From a virus (taxonomy: Duplodnaviria; Caudoviricetes): a stretch of DNA of 64,000 nucleotides. A program made the position numbers and the translations under genes. Position 1 is the stretch's first letter. Each line of letters begins with the position of its first letter. Location of the stretch: positions 1 through 64,000 of the IMG/VR virus record IMGVR_UViG_3300017766_004544; one strand, 5' to 3'. Below the pieces are notes generated by a model, which saw only the letters and a program-made list of their open reading frames with translations, did not search any database and had not been told where the DNA came from. Shown piece by piece: positions 17,929 through 26,845 of the stretch.

Positions 17929-18222
17929 ATGGACCGCAAGCACCCCATGCAGGACCAGGACCGGCCCATCGTTGACCGCCTTCTGGCTGCCGCTCAGCCC
18001 ACCGACGCCGACATCACGGACTGCGCCAGGCTCCTGATGCGCTACCTCGGCTACCCAGGCGCCAGGGACATCCAGCACGACCTGGCCCGGTCTCTATCCA
18101 ATTGGCGCATGGACACCGATCAGCTCTACCGCCGAGCCCGCAAGCTCTGGTCCGCCGGCTGGCGCCCCGCCCTCGTTGAGGACGTCGAGGTCGGCTCGGG
18201 CGCAGACGTCGCTGCCGGGTAG
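17929..18222 (+). CDS. DUF3288-family cyanobacterial protein
   Basis: HP.QD.DRPIVDRLL..ARLLMRY.GYPGARDIQ.DL..W. Confidence 0.8.
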   Translation: MDRKHPMQDQDRPIVDRLLAAAQPTDADITDCARLLMRYLGYPGARDIQHDLARSLSNWRMDTDQLYRRARKLWSAGWRPALVEDVEVGSGADVAAG

Positions 18223-18334
18223 CCATGGCCCGGGCGCCCCAACGTCACCAGCTCACCGGCCTGGTGCTGCACCTGCTCGCCCAGGGATGTGGTCTTGCTC
18301 TATTGATCACCCTGGCGATTTGGTTCCTGCTCGG

Positions 18335-18541
18335 TTAGCGCTTCTCCAGTTCGCGCAGCCTGAGTTCGTGGTCGCCAATGCGGATCTCCAGCTCGTGGAT
18401 GTCCTTGCTCAGTTCACTGCGCAGCATCTGCAATTCATGCAGGATCCCGTCCATGCCGCGCTTCATGGAGCCCTGCTCAAAGGCCATCCGCCACAGGGCA
18501 CCAACTGCCGCAACGCCAATGACGGCACCAACTTCAATCAT
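18335..18541 (-). CDS. Small membrane-anchored coiled-coil protein (possible holin-type)
   Basis: N-terminal hydrophobic helix plus heptad C-terminus. Confidence 0.6.
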   Translation of the reverse strand: MIEVGAVIGVAAVGALWRMAFEQGSMKRGMDGILHELQMLRSELSKDIHELEIRIGDHELRLRELEKR

Positions 18542-18600
18542 TGGCGGCAGCGCCTGTGCTTACTCGCAACATCCTAAAAAACTTCGCTGAACGAGTCATC

Positions 18601-19140
18601 ATGTCCAACCCGCCTGAGATGCGTCCGCCCAAAGCGCCTGAGCATTGGGATCAGCGCTTTCTTTCCATCGCTCGCAATATCGCCGGTTGGAGTAAAGACC
18701 CCAGCACCAAGGTCGGAGCGGTGGCGGTCCGGGAACGGCGGATCCTCGCTTCCGGTTACAACGGCATCCCGATGCACGTCAATGACGACATCACGCGCCT
18801 GAGCAATCGCGAGCTGCGTCTGCAGATGACCGTGCACGCCGAGGCCAACCTCATCTGCTACGCCGCTCGCCACGGCGTCTGTCTCAACGGTGCCACCTGC
18901 TACGTCTGGCCACTGATGACCTGCAGCCAGTGCGCTGCCCAGCTCATCCAGGCGGGCTTCATCAAGGTCGTCATCCCGAACTTCGTCATGCCCCTGCGCT
19001 GGCAGGAGTCGTTCGAGACCGCCAAGCTCATGTTCATCGAGGCCGGCGTCGCCGTGTCGTCGATCCCGATGAGCGGTCCGATCGAGCCAGCCCTGGAGGG
19101 CTGCGAAGAGGAGCTGTTCGACCCGTTGACGGTGGCCTAA
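18601..19140 (+). CDS. dCMP deaminase
   Basis: SKDPSTKVGA, GYNG, HAEAN, TCSQC. Confidence 0.92.
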   Translation: MSNPPEMRPPKAPEHWDQRFLSIARNIAGWSKDPSTKVGAVAVRERRILASGYNGIPMHVNDDITRLSNRELRLQMTVHAEANLICYAARHGVCLNGATCYVWPLMTCSQCAAQLIQAGFIKVVIPNFVMPLRWQESFETAKLMFIEAGVAVSSIPMSGPIEPALEGCEEELFDPLTVA

Positions 19141-19152
19141 AACCAACTACCC

Positions 19153-19437
19153 TTGGCGCGCACAGTGCAAGACATGGCGCGCAGTCCGCTCACGATGAAG
19201 TCCTTTCTGGTTGGCCTGCGGGTCCTCAATCGCCTCGATGGCCGGGCTGGGCTTGTCATCGGCAAGTCCGAAGCCCTCGGCACCCGCTTCTCCCTGGTGC
19301 CCGTGGTCATTGAGGGCAGCACCCGCAACGAGCTCTGGCCGGAGCACTGGGTGGATGTTCGCCCCACCAAGGACCAGTTCCCCGCACTCGGCGGTCGCTT
19401 TCAAGCTGCCGGCGGCTACCCCCTCCGCATCCAATGA
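19153..19437 (+). CDS. Hypothetical protein
   Basis: 94-aa ORF in operon. Confidence 0.55.
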   Translation: MARTVQDMARSPLTMKSFLVGLRVLNRLDGRAGLVIGKSEALGTRFSLVPVVIEGSTRNELWPEHWVDVRPTKDQFPALGGRFQAAGGYPLRIQ

Positions 19438-19700
19438 CCAAACCCAAGGCCCCCCTGCTGTCAGTCGGTGATCGTGTCCGCGAGCGTGATCGCGTCGCGG
19501 ATCATGTCGTCACACCCACGTCCCCCAGCTTCCAGCAAGTCCGCGGCATCCTCAGCCACCGCCGCTACGGCATCGTGGTTGCCGTGGAGGTCAAGAAGAG
19601 CATTCGCGGTAGCGCTTGCAAGTACATCCACGTCCAGTGGGACCACCTCAACACACCCTCGGTGCACGCCAGCTCGCGGATTGAGAAGGTTGCTGATTGA
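19434..19700 (+). CDS. Hypothetical protein (SH3/KOW-like)
   Basis: LSVGDRVRE..YGIVVAV..YIHVQWD. Confidence 0.6.
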   Translation: MTKPKAPLLSVGDRVRERDRVADHVVTPTSPSFQQVRGILSHRRYGIVVAVEVKKSIRGSACKYIHVQWDHLNTPSVHASSRIEKVAD

Positions 19701-19727
19701 TACATTCAATTCAGTAGATCGTCTCCC

Positions 19728-20438
19728 ATGGCGCGCTGGCCGATCCCACCTGATCTCCACTCAGAAATCATTGGTGGTCCGCTGTGCTTCTTCCATGAGC
19801 ACAGCATTGGCAGTAAAGATGGTCGCGTTCCGCGCTACATCGACAGCCATGCCTGCGTGCGTTGCATTTCCTCGCTGACCGAGGGGCGTCTGACCCTCGA
19901 CGTCCACAAGATCCACCGCAAGCACAGGCGCCGTTTCCTGGAGTTCTGGTCCTTCGTCGAGATCAATGATCCCGACGACTGTTGGCCCTGGCGGGGAGCC
20001 ATGCACAGCCGCTCGAACTCCACCATCTTTCGCGTGCCCCGCCACTGGCATCGCAGCCACCAGTTCGCCGCGCCGCGCGTGGCCGCCTGGTTCAGTTGGG
20101 GCGACGTGGGCCGGCTGCCGATCAAGCACCTCTGCGGGGACAACAGCTGCTGCAATCCCCTGCACTTGCGCGTGCAGGGGGTGCCGCACTACTACCACAA
20201 CCGGCGGCTGCAATCGATCGACCTCGAGTTCAGCACCCACAAGCTCAATCACGAAACCACGCTGTTCCTCAAAACCACCCAGGAGCGTGACCCCAAGCGC
20301 TTCTTGAAACTGGAAGCAGCCAACCAGCTCTGGATTGAGTTCCGCATGCGGCAAGACGGACCGGTGACTGCCGAGGAGATCGCCGCCTTGATGACTGATG
20401 ACGCTGACGACGAACCTGAGTTCGACGACGAAGACTAG
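19728..20438 (+). CDS. His-Me finger/HNH-like zinc-binding protein
   Basis: CWPWRG..KHLCGDNSCCNPLHL; N-terminal CFFH..CVRC. Confidence 0.7.
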   Translation: MARWPIPPDLHSEIIGGPLCFFHEHSIGSKDGRVPRYIDSHACVRCISSLTEGRLTLDVHKIHRKHRRRFLEFWSFVEINDPDDCWPWRGAMHSRSNSTIFRVPRHWHRSHQFAAPRVAAWFSWGDVGRLPIKHLCGDNSCCNPLHLRVQGVPHYYHNRRLQSIDLEFSTHKLNHETTLFLKTTQERDPKRFLKLEAANQLWIEFRMRQDGPVTAEEIAALMTDDADDEPEFDDED

Positions 20439-20486
20439 AGCATCACCAGCTCTTTATCATGAGAGGTATCGTGATCGCCGCTCGAT

Positions 20487-21341
20487 ATGTCTTTCGCAAG
20501 CCCCAACCGACCCGTTGTTGGGGATAAGCGTGTCCAGCGATGGATTGATCGGCAAGAGGAGCGCGGACAGGAGCATCCTGATGTCACGAAGTTCCTGGCC
20601 CGGCAACTCTCCAAGGACCGCGGCCTCAGCGCCAATGTGGTCAACAGCTACAACGAGGGCAAGTACCCCACCGGTAAATACGGCTCCATGGGCGCTTTTG
20701 GGGCGATCGCCGATGCTGGCCAGGACCTCGACGAGCGGTATGGACGCGGTACCAAGGCTGATATTGCTGGCCTGAAAGGAGCCAGCCTCCGCAAGGGTGA
20801 TGTCTACATGGGCGCCACCGAAGTGGGGCCGGCCGCTGAGGGCAGCGACTTCACCCGTTACACGGACGGTGTACTCAACCGAGAGGTCGACATCACTGTC
20901 CTGCCCCGCTGGATGGTCAAGCAGCAACCGCAGTCAGTCAGTCCTACTGCTGCGCCAGTTCAGCAGCAGGCTGCCCCGGCTGGCACCGAGCCCAGCGTGG
21001 ACCTCATCAAGGCCAGAGAGGCCTACGACCGCGCCACGCAATACCAAAGCCAAGGCGGTGACTCGCGGGGCGGGAGCGACCTGGATCTGACGGCCTCTGG
21101 CTCCTCGCTGTATCAGAACCTGTACGACGCGGGCAGGGCAGGGGTCGCCGACTACGAGAACCGGTTCATCCCGGCCCTGGATGCCCGGGCCAAGTTGACG
21201 GCCCAGGAAATTCGCTACGGGACCGGCAGCGCTATCGACGCCCTGCCTGACAACCTCCAGCTGCCGACCTACGACAAGATGTTCCCCAAGGTGGCCGCGA
21301 AGAAGGGGCTGTACAAGTGGCTCGAGAATCGACTTGCCTGA
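20487..21341 (+). CDS. Hypothetical protein
   Basis: 284-aa ORF. Confidence 0.65.
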   Translation: MSFASPNRPVVGDKRVQRWIDRQEERGQEHPDVTKFLARQLSKDRGLSANVVNSYNEGKYPTGKYGSMGAFGAIADAGQDLDERYGRGTKADIAGLKGASLRKGDVYMGATEVGPAAEGSDFTRYTDGVLNREVDITVLPRWMVKQQPQSVSPTAAPVQQQAAPAGTEPSVDLIKAREAYDRATQYQSQGGDSRGGSDLDLTASGSSLYQNLYDAGRAGVADYENRFIPALDARAKLTAQEIRYGTGSAIDALPDNLQLPTYDKMFPKVAAKKGLYKWLENRLA

Positions 21342-21400
21342 TAGGGGTTGCGCTGCGTAAGCCCTGTCCTTAGGCTGCCTGCAGTCTCTGGCCCCCACCT

Positions 21401-22114
21401 GTGCAGCCTGCTTTCAAGGTCGAGCGTGTCGCTGCGACGGAGTGCCCGCAGCAACTGATCTACATCGCGCTGCATAACGACTACTCCGAGGACTTCATTG
21501 CTTCGACAGGGCTAGCCGAGGACGACTGCGGCAAGATCGCTGTAGAGCGTCTCCTCAAGGGCGGCAAGGGGCACTGGGGTCCGCTCGAGCACCCGCAACT
21601 CACCCTGGCCCTCAAGGCCGATCACAACACCTTGATGCAGCTGCGCACTCACCGCGTCGGCTGTTCCTATGACCTGCAATCGATGCGCTATTCGGGGCAG
21701 CGCATCGAGAAGGTGGCATCCGGCGAAATCCCCATCGAAGACGTCTTCTACGTCCGTCCGCCCGGCAAGTACCGCGACCGTCAGGGCGATCCCTACGAGT
21801 GGACCGAAGACGACGTGGAAGAAGCCCTGGCCATGTCGCTCTCCTCGGCCATCGACTACGCCCGCCTCCGGGAGCGTGGTGTTGCCGAGGAGCATGCCCG
21901 AGGTGTGCTGATCACCAACTATTTCCAGAACGCCATCGTCTCCGCCAACCTGCGCGCCTGGCTGCACCTGCTCGACGTCCGCCTCAAGGGTGATGCCCAG
22001 TTCGAGATCCGCTGCCTCATGGATCTTGTCGCCGGTCAAGTGCAGCGCTGGGTGCCGGAGGTCTATGGCTGGTACTCCGAAAACCGCCGCGGCAAAGCAC
22101 TCCTCGCCCCCTGA
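21401..22114 (+). CDS. thyX: FAD-dependent thymidylate synthase
   Basis: GHWGPLEH, QLRTHR..S..LQSMRY, NLRAWLHLLDVR..AQFEIR. Confidence 0.93.
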   Translation: MQPAFKVERVAATECPQQLIYIALHNDYSEDFIASTGLAEDDCGKIAVERLLKGGKGHWGPLEHPQLTLALKADHNTLMQLRTHRVGCSYDLQSMRYSGQRIEKVASGEIPIEDVFYVRPPGKYRDRQGDPYEWTEDDVEEALAMSLSSAIDYARLRERGVAEEHARGVLITNYFQNAIVSANLRAWLHLLDVRLKGDAQFEIRCLMDLVAGQVQRWVPEVYGWYSENRRGKALLAP

Positions 22115-22117
22115 TTC

Positions 22118-22561
22118 ATGCCTCGCCCCTCCAAGATCGAACTGCTGTCGCGCTTCTTCCCTGAAATCAGGGAGAAAGTCACCAAGGCCGACAAAGAGCA
22201 GTCCATTGCCTACAACACGCTGGCCTGCGAGGTGGTCCTTGCTGACCTGCTGCGCCTCTATGACAAGGGCTTCTCTGCCCATGGCCCCGGCACGCTCTGC
22301 GTCCGCCTGCACCAGGGGGCCGGCGAGAGCAGCTACCTCGCCCTAGCCGACCTGCGCGCCGACCAGGAGCAGGCCCGCGCTGCCGGCGAAAGCGGCATCG
22401 AGTCCTCCATGAAGGCGATCGTCGCCGAGATCGAGCGCATCAACCCCGAGAAGGCTGGCCTGGTGCTGATGGTGGACAACAGCAGCATCCAGCTCTTCCC
22501 GATCGATCGCGAGTACCCGGCCCGCTCGGTCCAGGCCCTGCTCGAGGAGTTCGCCGCTTGA
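22118..22561 (+). CDS. Hypothetical protein
   Basis: 147-aa ORF in thyX operon. Confidence 0.7.
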   Translation: MPRPSKIELLSRFFPEIREKVTKADKEQSIAYNTLACEVVLADLLRLYDKGFSAHGPGTLCVRLHQGAGESSYLALADLRADQEQARAAGESGIESSMKAIVAEIERINPEKAGLVLMVDNSSIQLFPIDREYPARSVQALLEEFAA

Positions 22562-22604
22562 CGTTGCTCCGTGTGAGCCGGCAGCCGGCCCTTCTCCCTG
22601 GCCG

Positions 22605-23225
22605 ATGAGCGACTTCAACCGCCTCGACCTGGCTCCGCCCCAGGACATCATCCTGCCGGCGCGCTCGGTCCTCGGGGCCATCGACTTCGATCCCTATTCC
22701 ACCCCGATCATCAACCGGGTGGTCATGGCCTCGCGCATCCACGATCGCGACCTTGAAAGCATCGAGGATGTGCTGGCCTGCGACTGGAATGCACCCGGCC
22801 AGAAGCGTGCCTTCGTCGGGGTTCCTGTCGGCGCTGGGGCAACCCGCCGGCTGCTCAACAAGCTGCTGCGGGAATACCGGGCTGGGCGCATTTCCCATGC
22901 CATCGCCTGGATCGGTCACAACGAGTCGATCATCCGCATGCCGTGGCTGTGGGACTTCCCGATCTGCATCCCCTACCGCCGCCTGCGGCCCTCCTACTGG
23001 GACGACGAGCTCGAGAAGTTCCGCACCGTCGCCCCGTCTGACTGGTCGGCGGTTCTGTACTTGCCGCCCGCCGACGACTCGTACGGCTTCCATGCCGGCC
23101 TCAGCAAATTTCACGTCGCCTTTTCGCCCATCGGTCGGGTCGTCTTCAACGAGCACAGCGGGGAGGACGACTGGACCGAGGCCTACAAGGCCGCCATGAA
23201 GCAGCCCTACGACTTCCGCTGGTGA
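22605..23225 (+). CDS. Phage N6-adenine MTase-like protein with degenerate catalytic motif
   Basis: ARSVLGAIDFDPYS..W..LLREYRAGR..PICIP..RL; NPPY position reads GVPV. Confidence 0.7.
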   Translation: MSDFNRLDLAPPQDIILPARSVLGAIDFDPYSTPIINRVVMASRIHDRDLESIEDVLACDWNAPGQKRAFVGVPVGAGATRRLLNKLLREYRAGRISHAIAWIGHNESIIRMPWLWDFPICIPYRRLRPSYWDDELEKFRTVAPSDWSAVLYLPPADDSYGFHAGLSKFHVAFSPIGRVVFNEHSGEDDWTEAYKAAMKQPYDFRW

Positions 23226-23226
23226 C

Positions 23227-23709
23227 GTGACCTTCCATTTGCCCTGCTCCGAATCTCCGTCTGACGAGTTCCGCACTCCCAGTGGCGAATGGTTCTCCAC
23301 GCTCCGGGCCATTGCCTTCGATGGCTGGCTGCTCTGGAGGCATGCACTGCCAGAAGATCCGATGCTCTGGCCGGCGATGGACCAGGACGTCTTCGTGACG
23401 ATCGAGGCCCTGGCCCGCCGCATCCACAGCCTGCACCAGCTCCTACCGGACTACCGCCGGCTCACGGATACACCGTTTTCGGTCAGCCGCTGGTGGGACC
23501 CCACCGATGACACCGGCGAATGGATGACGGGCGAGCGTGTCTTACTGCGCATCAACAGCTACACCGCCCGGGACATCGAACAGGAAATCCCGCCCAGGCT
23601 CAAAGGCCAGCTCAAGATCCAGGCCCGCTCCCTCAACTGGCTGGAGGTCAGCCTGCCGGAGGGACCGCACTTGTCGCCACTGACGTCCTGCCCTGACGGA
23701 AGCCCTTGA
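23227..23709 (+). CDS. Peptidase M15-like protein, degenerate
   Basis: IEALARRIH..PFSVSRWWDP..GE..L..WLEVS parallels M15_3 but lacks the Zn ligands. Confidence 0.45.
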   Translation: MTFHLPCSESPSDEFRTPSGEWFSTLRAIAFDGWLLWRHALPEDPMLWPAMDQDVFVTIEALARRIHSLHQLLPDYRRLTDTPFSVSRWWDPTDDTGEWMTGERVLLRINSYTARDIEQEIPPRLKGQLKIQARSLNWLEVSLPEGPHLSPLTSCPDGSP

Positions 23710-23986
23710 GTTCGGCCAGGTTGGCGCGCCCGCCCAGGGAACCTGAGCCCTCGGTGCGGAAGATCTCCCGCGCTTCCTTGGTATCCATGTTGCGCCCCGC
23801 CACCACAGCCATGCCACCACCGGCACTGCTGACGCCGCCAGTGCTCCCGCCGTAGTCCTGGCTGGCTCGGTTCTCCTGCCGCGCCCGTGACAGGTAGGAG
23901 CGCACCAGCCGATCGCTCTGTTCCTGGCTGCCAGTCTTGGCACGGAAGCCGTTATAGAAGCGGGCTTCTTTGTAGCGACGATCCAT
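23648..23986 (-). CDS. Hypothetical basic protein
   Basis: Start MDRRYKEAR. Confidence 0.45.
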   Translation of the reverse strand: MDRRYKEARFYNGFRAKTGSQEQSDRLVRSYLSRARQENRASQDYGGSTGGVSSAGGGMAVVAGRNMDTKEAREIFRTEGSGSLGGRANLAELKGFRQGRTSVATSAVPPAG

Positions 23987-24062
23987 GGCGCATGAGCAGA
24001 CGCGCGAAACGCTTGCCACAGCGCACGCCTCTGTTTACCCTAGGCGATATTGCAACGGGTTC

Positions 24063-24500
24063 ATGTCAGCGAAGACGCGCTTTGACTTGATCCCCTTTGC
24101 CGCTGTGGGCGAGATTGCGGACGTCCTGGCCTATGGCGCCGAGAAGTACAGCGCCAATAACTGGTGTCGCGGCACTGAATGGGGGCGCTATTTCTCAGCG
24201 CTCTGCCGTCACATCTTCGCCTGGTGGCGCGGCGAGGACCGGGACCCAGAAACCGGTCTCTCTCACCTGGCCCACGCAGGCTGCTGCTTGCTGTTCCTGA
24301 TGGAATACCAGCGCAACGCCTGGGGCACTGACGACCGCTTCTGTGGCCCCGACGGCCAGGCCTTCACCAAGCACGACGGCCGGAGCACCCAGCAAGATGG
24401 CACCACCGGCCAAAGCGCCTGCTGGGTCGGGAGCGACGGCCTGCAGCAGTGCGCGACTACAGGCCCCTCGATCTACGACGACGATGACGGCTTGGACTAG
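24063..24500 (+). CDS. DUF5664 dATP/dGTP diphosphohydrolase-like protein
   Basis: KTRFDLIP..VLAYGAEKY..NNW..RHIFAWW.GED.DPETGLSHLAHA. Confidence 0.88.
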   Translation: MSAKTRFDLIPFAAVGEIADVLAYGAEKYSANNWCRGTEWGRYFSALCRHIFAWWRGEDRDPETGLSHLAHAGCCLLFLMEYQRNAWGTDDRFCGPDGQAFTKHDGRSTQQDGTTGQSACWVGSDGLQQCATTGPSIYDDDDGLD

Positions 24501-24883
24501 CTGACGCCGAACTCCTGGTTGATGCGGTTGATCCGATCGGCCAGAGAATTCAGCTGCGCATTGATCGCCGTGTTCAGTTCAGCCGGGGCGGCACCGCTGC
24601 CTCCGAACACGGCCTGGGCCCGGGCCTGTTGGACCGTGGCGGCCTGGCGCTGCGCTTCGATCTGAGCGACCTGCGCGAAGGCTTGCTGCACCTCAGCCCT
24701 GGAGATCATCGTCGGCACCTGCTCCTTGAGCTCGTTGACCTGGCTGACCAGCTCGCTGAGCTGCCCGCCCACGGCCTTGACCTGGTACGAGAGCCGGCGG
24801 CGTCCCGCGCTCAGCACAATGGCTTGCCCGGAGGCCATGCCGATCAGCATGGCGGCCGCACCGGTGATGACGTAGCTGATCAC
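24497..24883 (-). CDS. Membrane-anchored coiled-coil protein
   Basis: N-terminal TM, Q/A-rich helices. Confidence 0.65.
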   Translation of the reverse strand: MISYVITGAAAMLIGMASGQAIVLSAGRRRLSYQVKAVGGQLSELVSQVNELKEQVPTMISRAEVQQAFAQVAQIEAQRQAATVQQARAQAVFGGSGAAPAELNTAINAQLNSLADRINRINQEFGVS

Positions 24884-25356
24884 GAGATTCTCAGGCGAAT
24901 GGTTTTGGCGGCATCCAGCAGGTTGGTGGGCAGAAGTTCGCGCTTCTGCACGACACCCACGACGGCCTCGAGCAACTGGGCCTCGGTGGAATTGGAGCCC
25001 AGGCGTGCCTTGAGGTTCTCACTGGTCTTGCCAGCGGCGGCGCTGGGGCGGTACCGGCGCTCGATCTCGCTGACGGCCTGAGCGACGTCCTTGCGGCTGA
25101 GGGACCCGTCAGCCAGCACGCCCGTGACCAGCTCCATCGCGAAGCGCACCTCACTGCTGCTGTACCCCTTCATGTGCTCGTTCAGCAGGGGATCGATCAC
25201 CGCAAAGGCCCTGCGGATCACCGGCAGAAACCGGCGCAGTTTGAGGTAAGTCAGCAGGGCGTTTGTGCCAATCGGCAGGGCAATCACGCCCGCCCCGATC
25301 AGCGCTGGCTCTGCGATGGCTAAAAAGCTAGCCATGGCACACATAATGCACGACAC
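24880..25356 (-). CDS. Membrane-anchored hypothetical protein
   Basis: N-terminal hydrophobic segment. Confidence 0.6.
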   Translation of the reverse strand: MSCIMCAMASFLAIAEPALIGAGVIALPIGTNALLTYLKLRRFLPVIRRAFAVIDPLLNEHMKGYSSSEVRFAMELVTGVLADGSLSRKDVAQAVSEIERRYRPSAAAGKTSENLKARLGSNSTEAQLLEAVVGVVQKRELLPTNLLDAAKTIRLRIS

Positions 25357-25376
25357 CGGTAATGTATCCGGTGCGC

Positions 25377-26489
25377 CTACATGCGCAGCAGCTGAGCTAG
25401 CGCAGGGGTGATCTTTGTGCGCCCGCCGGGCAGGGCCAGGTGGATATGGCTGTCATGCCCGCCGACTGGATCATCGCCGGGATGGAAGATCTCCGCGCCA
25501 GGCAGGGCGGCCTTGAGTTTGGACCCGATCTGCTGCGTCAATGAGCGCCAATCGGAATCTGCCCGGCCCTTGAGCAGGGGCGAGCCGGGCTGGATGGTCA
25601 GGTCCAGAGCATTGCCGTCGTAGTGATGCGAGTTCGGCGAATGCTGACCCACGCCGCCAAAGGCCGGGTTCTCGGCCACCTTCAGCCCCATGCCCTGGAG
25701 CTGCTTGCCGAGCGAGACGATGTCCAGCTCGCCGCCTAGATCGCCGCCCGGAGTGCTCGCAGAGGGCAGCGCAGGCTGAGGACTCGCGGTCGCTACGGCT
25801 CCGGCGGCGGGCGCCGCCCCAGGCAGCAAGGCGGTCACAGCCGCGATCTGAGCCTCCAGGCCAGGGGAAGCGCCAAGGGCCGCCATCCGCCCGGGCTCAC
25901 GGGGCTGCGCCTGTGCCGCCTCCAGGCTGCTTTGCACGAGGGCGGCGGCCACTGCTGCCAGGGGATCGCCGGGGCGGCGATCCCCGAAACCTGCACCGCC
26001 ATCCAGGGGGTCGACCTCCTGCGTCAATCGGGCGGGCAATGGCGAGGCATCAGGACTGCCGCCGATCACCGGATCGAACTTCTGAGAGAACTGCTTGTAG
26101 AGATCACCACCCGGCAGCATGCGCTTGGCGGCGGCGTCCGAATTGGTCCCGAAGCTGTCGGTACCGGACTGCCCTGGATTGCCGACCAGGACCGTTCTGT
26201 AAAGCTCGGTTGCTCCATGTTTGCCGGGCTGGAACCCCCGCTGCTGGAAGTATTTCTCAACGAACGGCAACTGGCCGGCAATCGTCATCGGGCCCTGGGG
26301 CAGCCCCACCTCCTTGCGGGCCCCAGGTCCGAATTGAATCAAGCCTCGATATTGACCGCCTGCACCACCCCAGATGTTGGGATTGGTCCCAGATTCCAGC
26401 TCAAACAGGGCACCCAGCGTCCTCGGGTCTACGCCAAGTCGTTGGGCGGTTGACGCAATCGCTGCAGCATCGCCCTTTGTCAGTGCCAT
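25377..26489 (-). CDS. Bifunctional peptidoglycan hydrolase (SLT-like plus M15-like), probably virion-associated
   Basis: LESG..GLIQF; HSPNSHHYDGNALD..HDSHIH. Confidence 0.8.
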   Translation of the reverse strand: MALTKGDAAAIASTAQRLGVDPRTLGALFELESGTNPNIWGGAGGQYRGLIQFGPGARKEVGLPQGPMTIAGQLPFVEKYFQQRGFQPGKHGATELYRTVLVGNPGQSGTDSFGTNSDAAAKRMLPGGDLYKQFSQKFDPVIGGSPDASPLPARLTQEVDPLDGGAGFGDRRPGDPLAAVAAALVQSSLEAAQAQPREPGRMAALGASPGLEAQIAAVTALLPGAAPAAGAVATASPQPALPSASTPGGDLGGELDIVSLGKQLQGMGLKVAENPAFGGVGQHSPNSHHYDGNALDLTIQPGSPLLKGRADSDWRSLTQQIGSKLKAALPGAEIFHPGDDPVGGHDSHIHLALPGGRTKITPALAQLLRM

Positions 26490-26845
26490 TACAGACCCGA
26501 ATCATCGTCAGGAGTCAGGACGATTTCGTCCATGTCCAACTCCATTGTGGCAATTTCCCACATCTCACGTAGATAATCATTCGCCTCGTCTTCTGTGGGC
26601 GCATAGCCCATCAGGTCTTCAAACTCTTCGCGCGTCTCAGGCTGCTGCCATGGATGTCTCTCCTCCAGGAAGAACATGAACCCAGCTTCCCGGCTGTTCG
26701 CAATGAAGGTCTGCTTGAGCTTGAATCGCGCCTCCCAGGAAGTGCACAAAGCTTCGACGAGTTCGTCCTTGCTCATGGCCTTGGCCTCGATCTCGACCCG
26801 GCGCAGCAGGTACTTCTGCTCCGAGGTCAGCTCCATGTCCTCCAT
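26489..26845 (-). CDS. nblA: NblA-like protein with acidic C-terminal extension
   Basis: MELTSEQKYLLRRVEIEAKAMSKDELVEALCTSWEARFKLK matches the NblA consensus pattern. Confidence 0.65.
   Translation of the reverse strand: MEDMELTSEQKYLLRRVEIEAKAMSKDELVEALCTSWEARFKLKQTFIANSREAGFMFFLEERHPWQQPETREEFEDLMGYAPTEDEANDYLREMWEIATMELDMDEIVLTPDDDSGL

Noticed and set aside
24063-24500. 2-aminoadenine (dZ) genome system
   Set aside because: DUF5664 alone is insufficient; no purZ or datZ in the window
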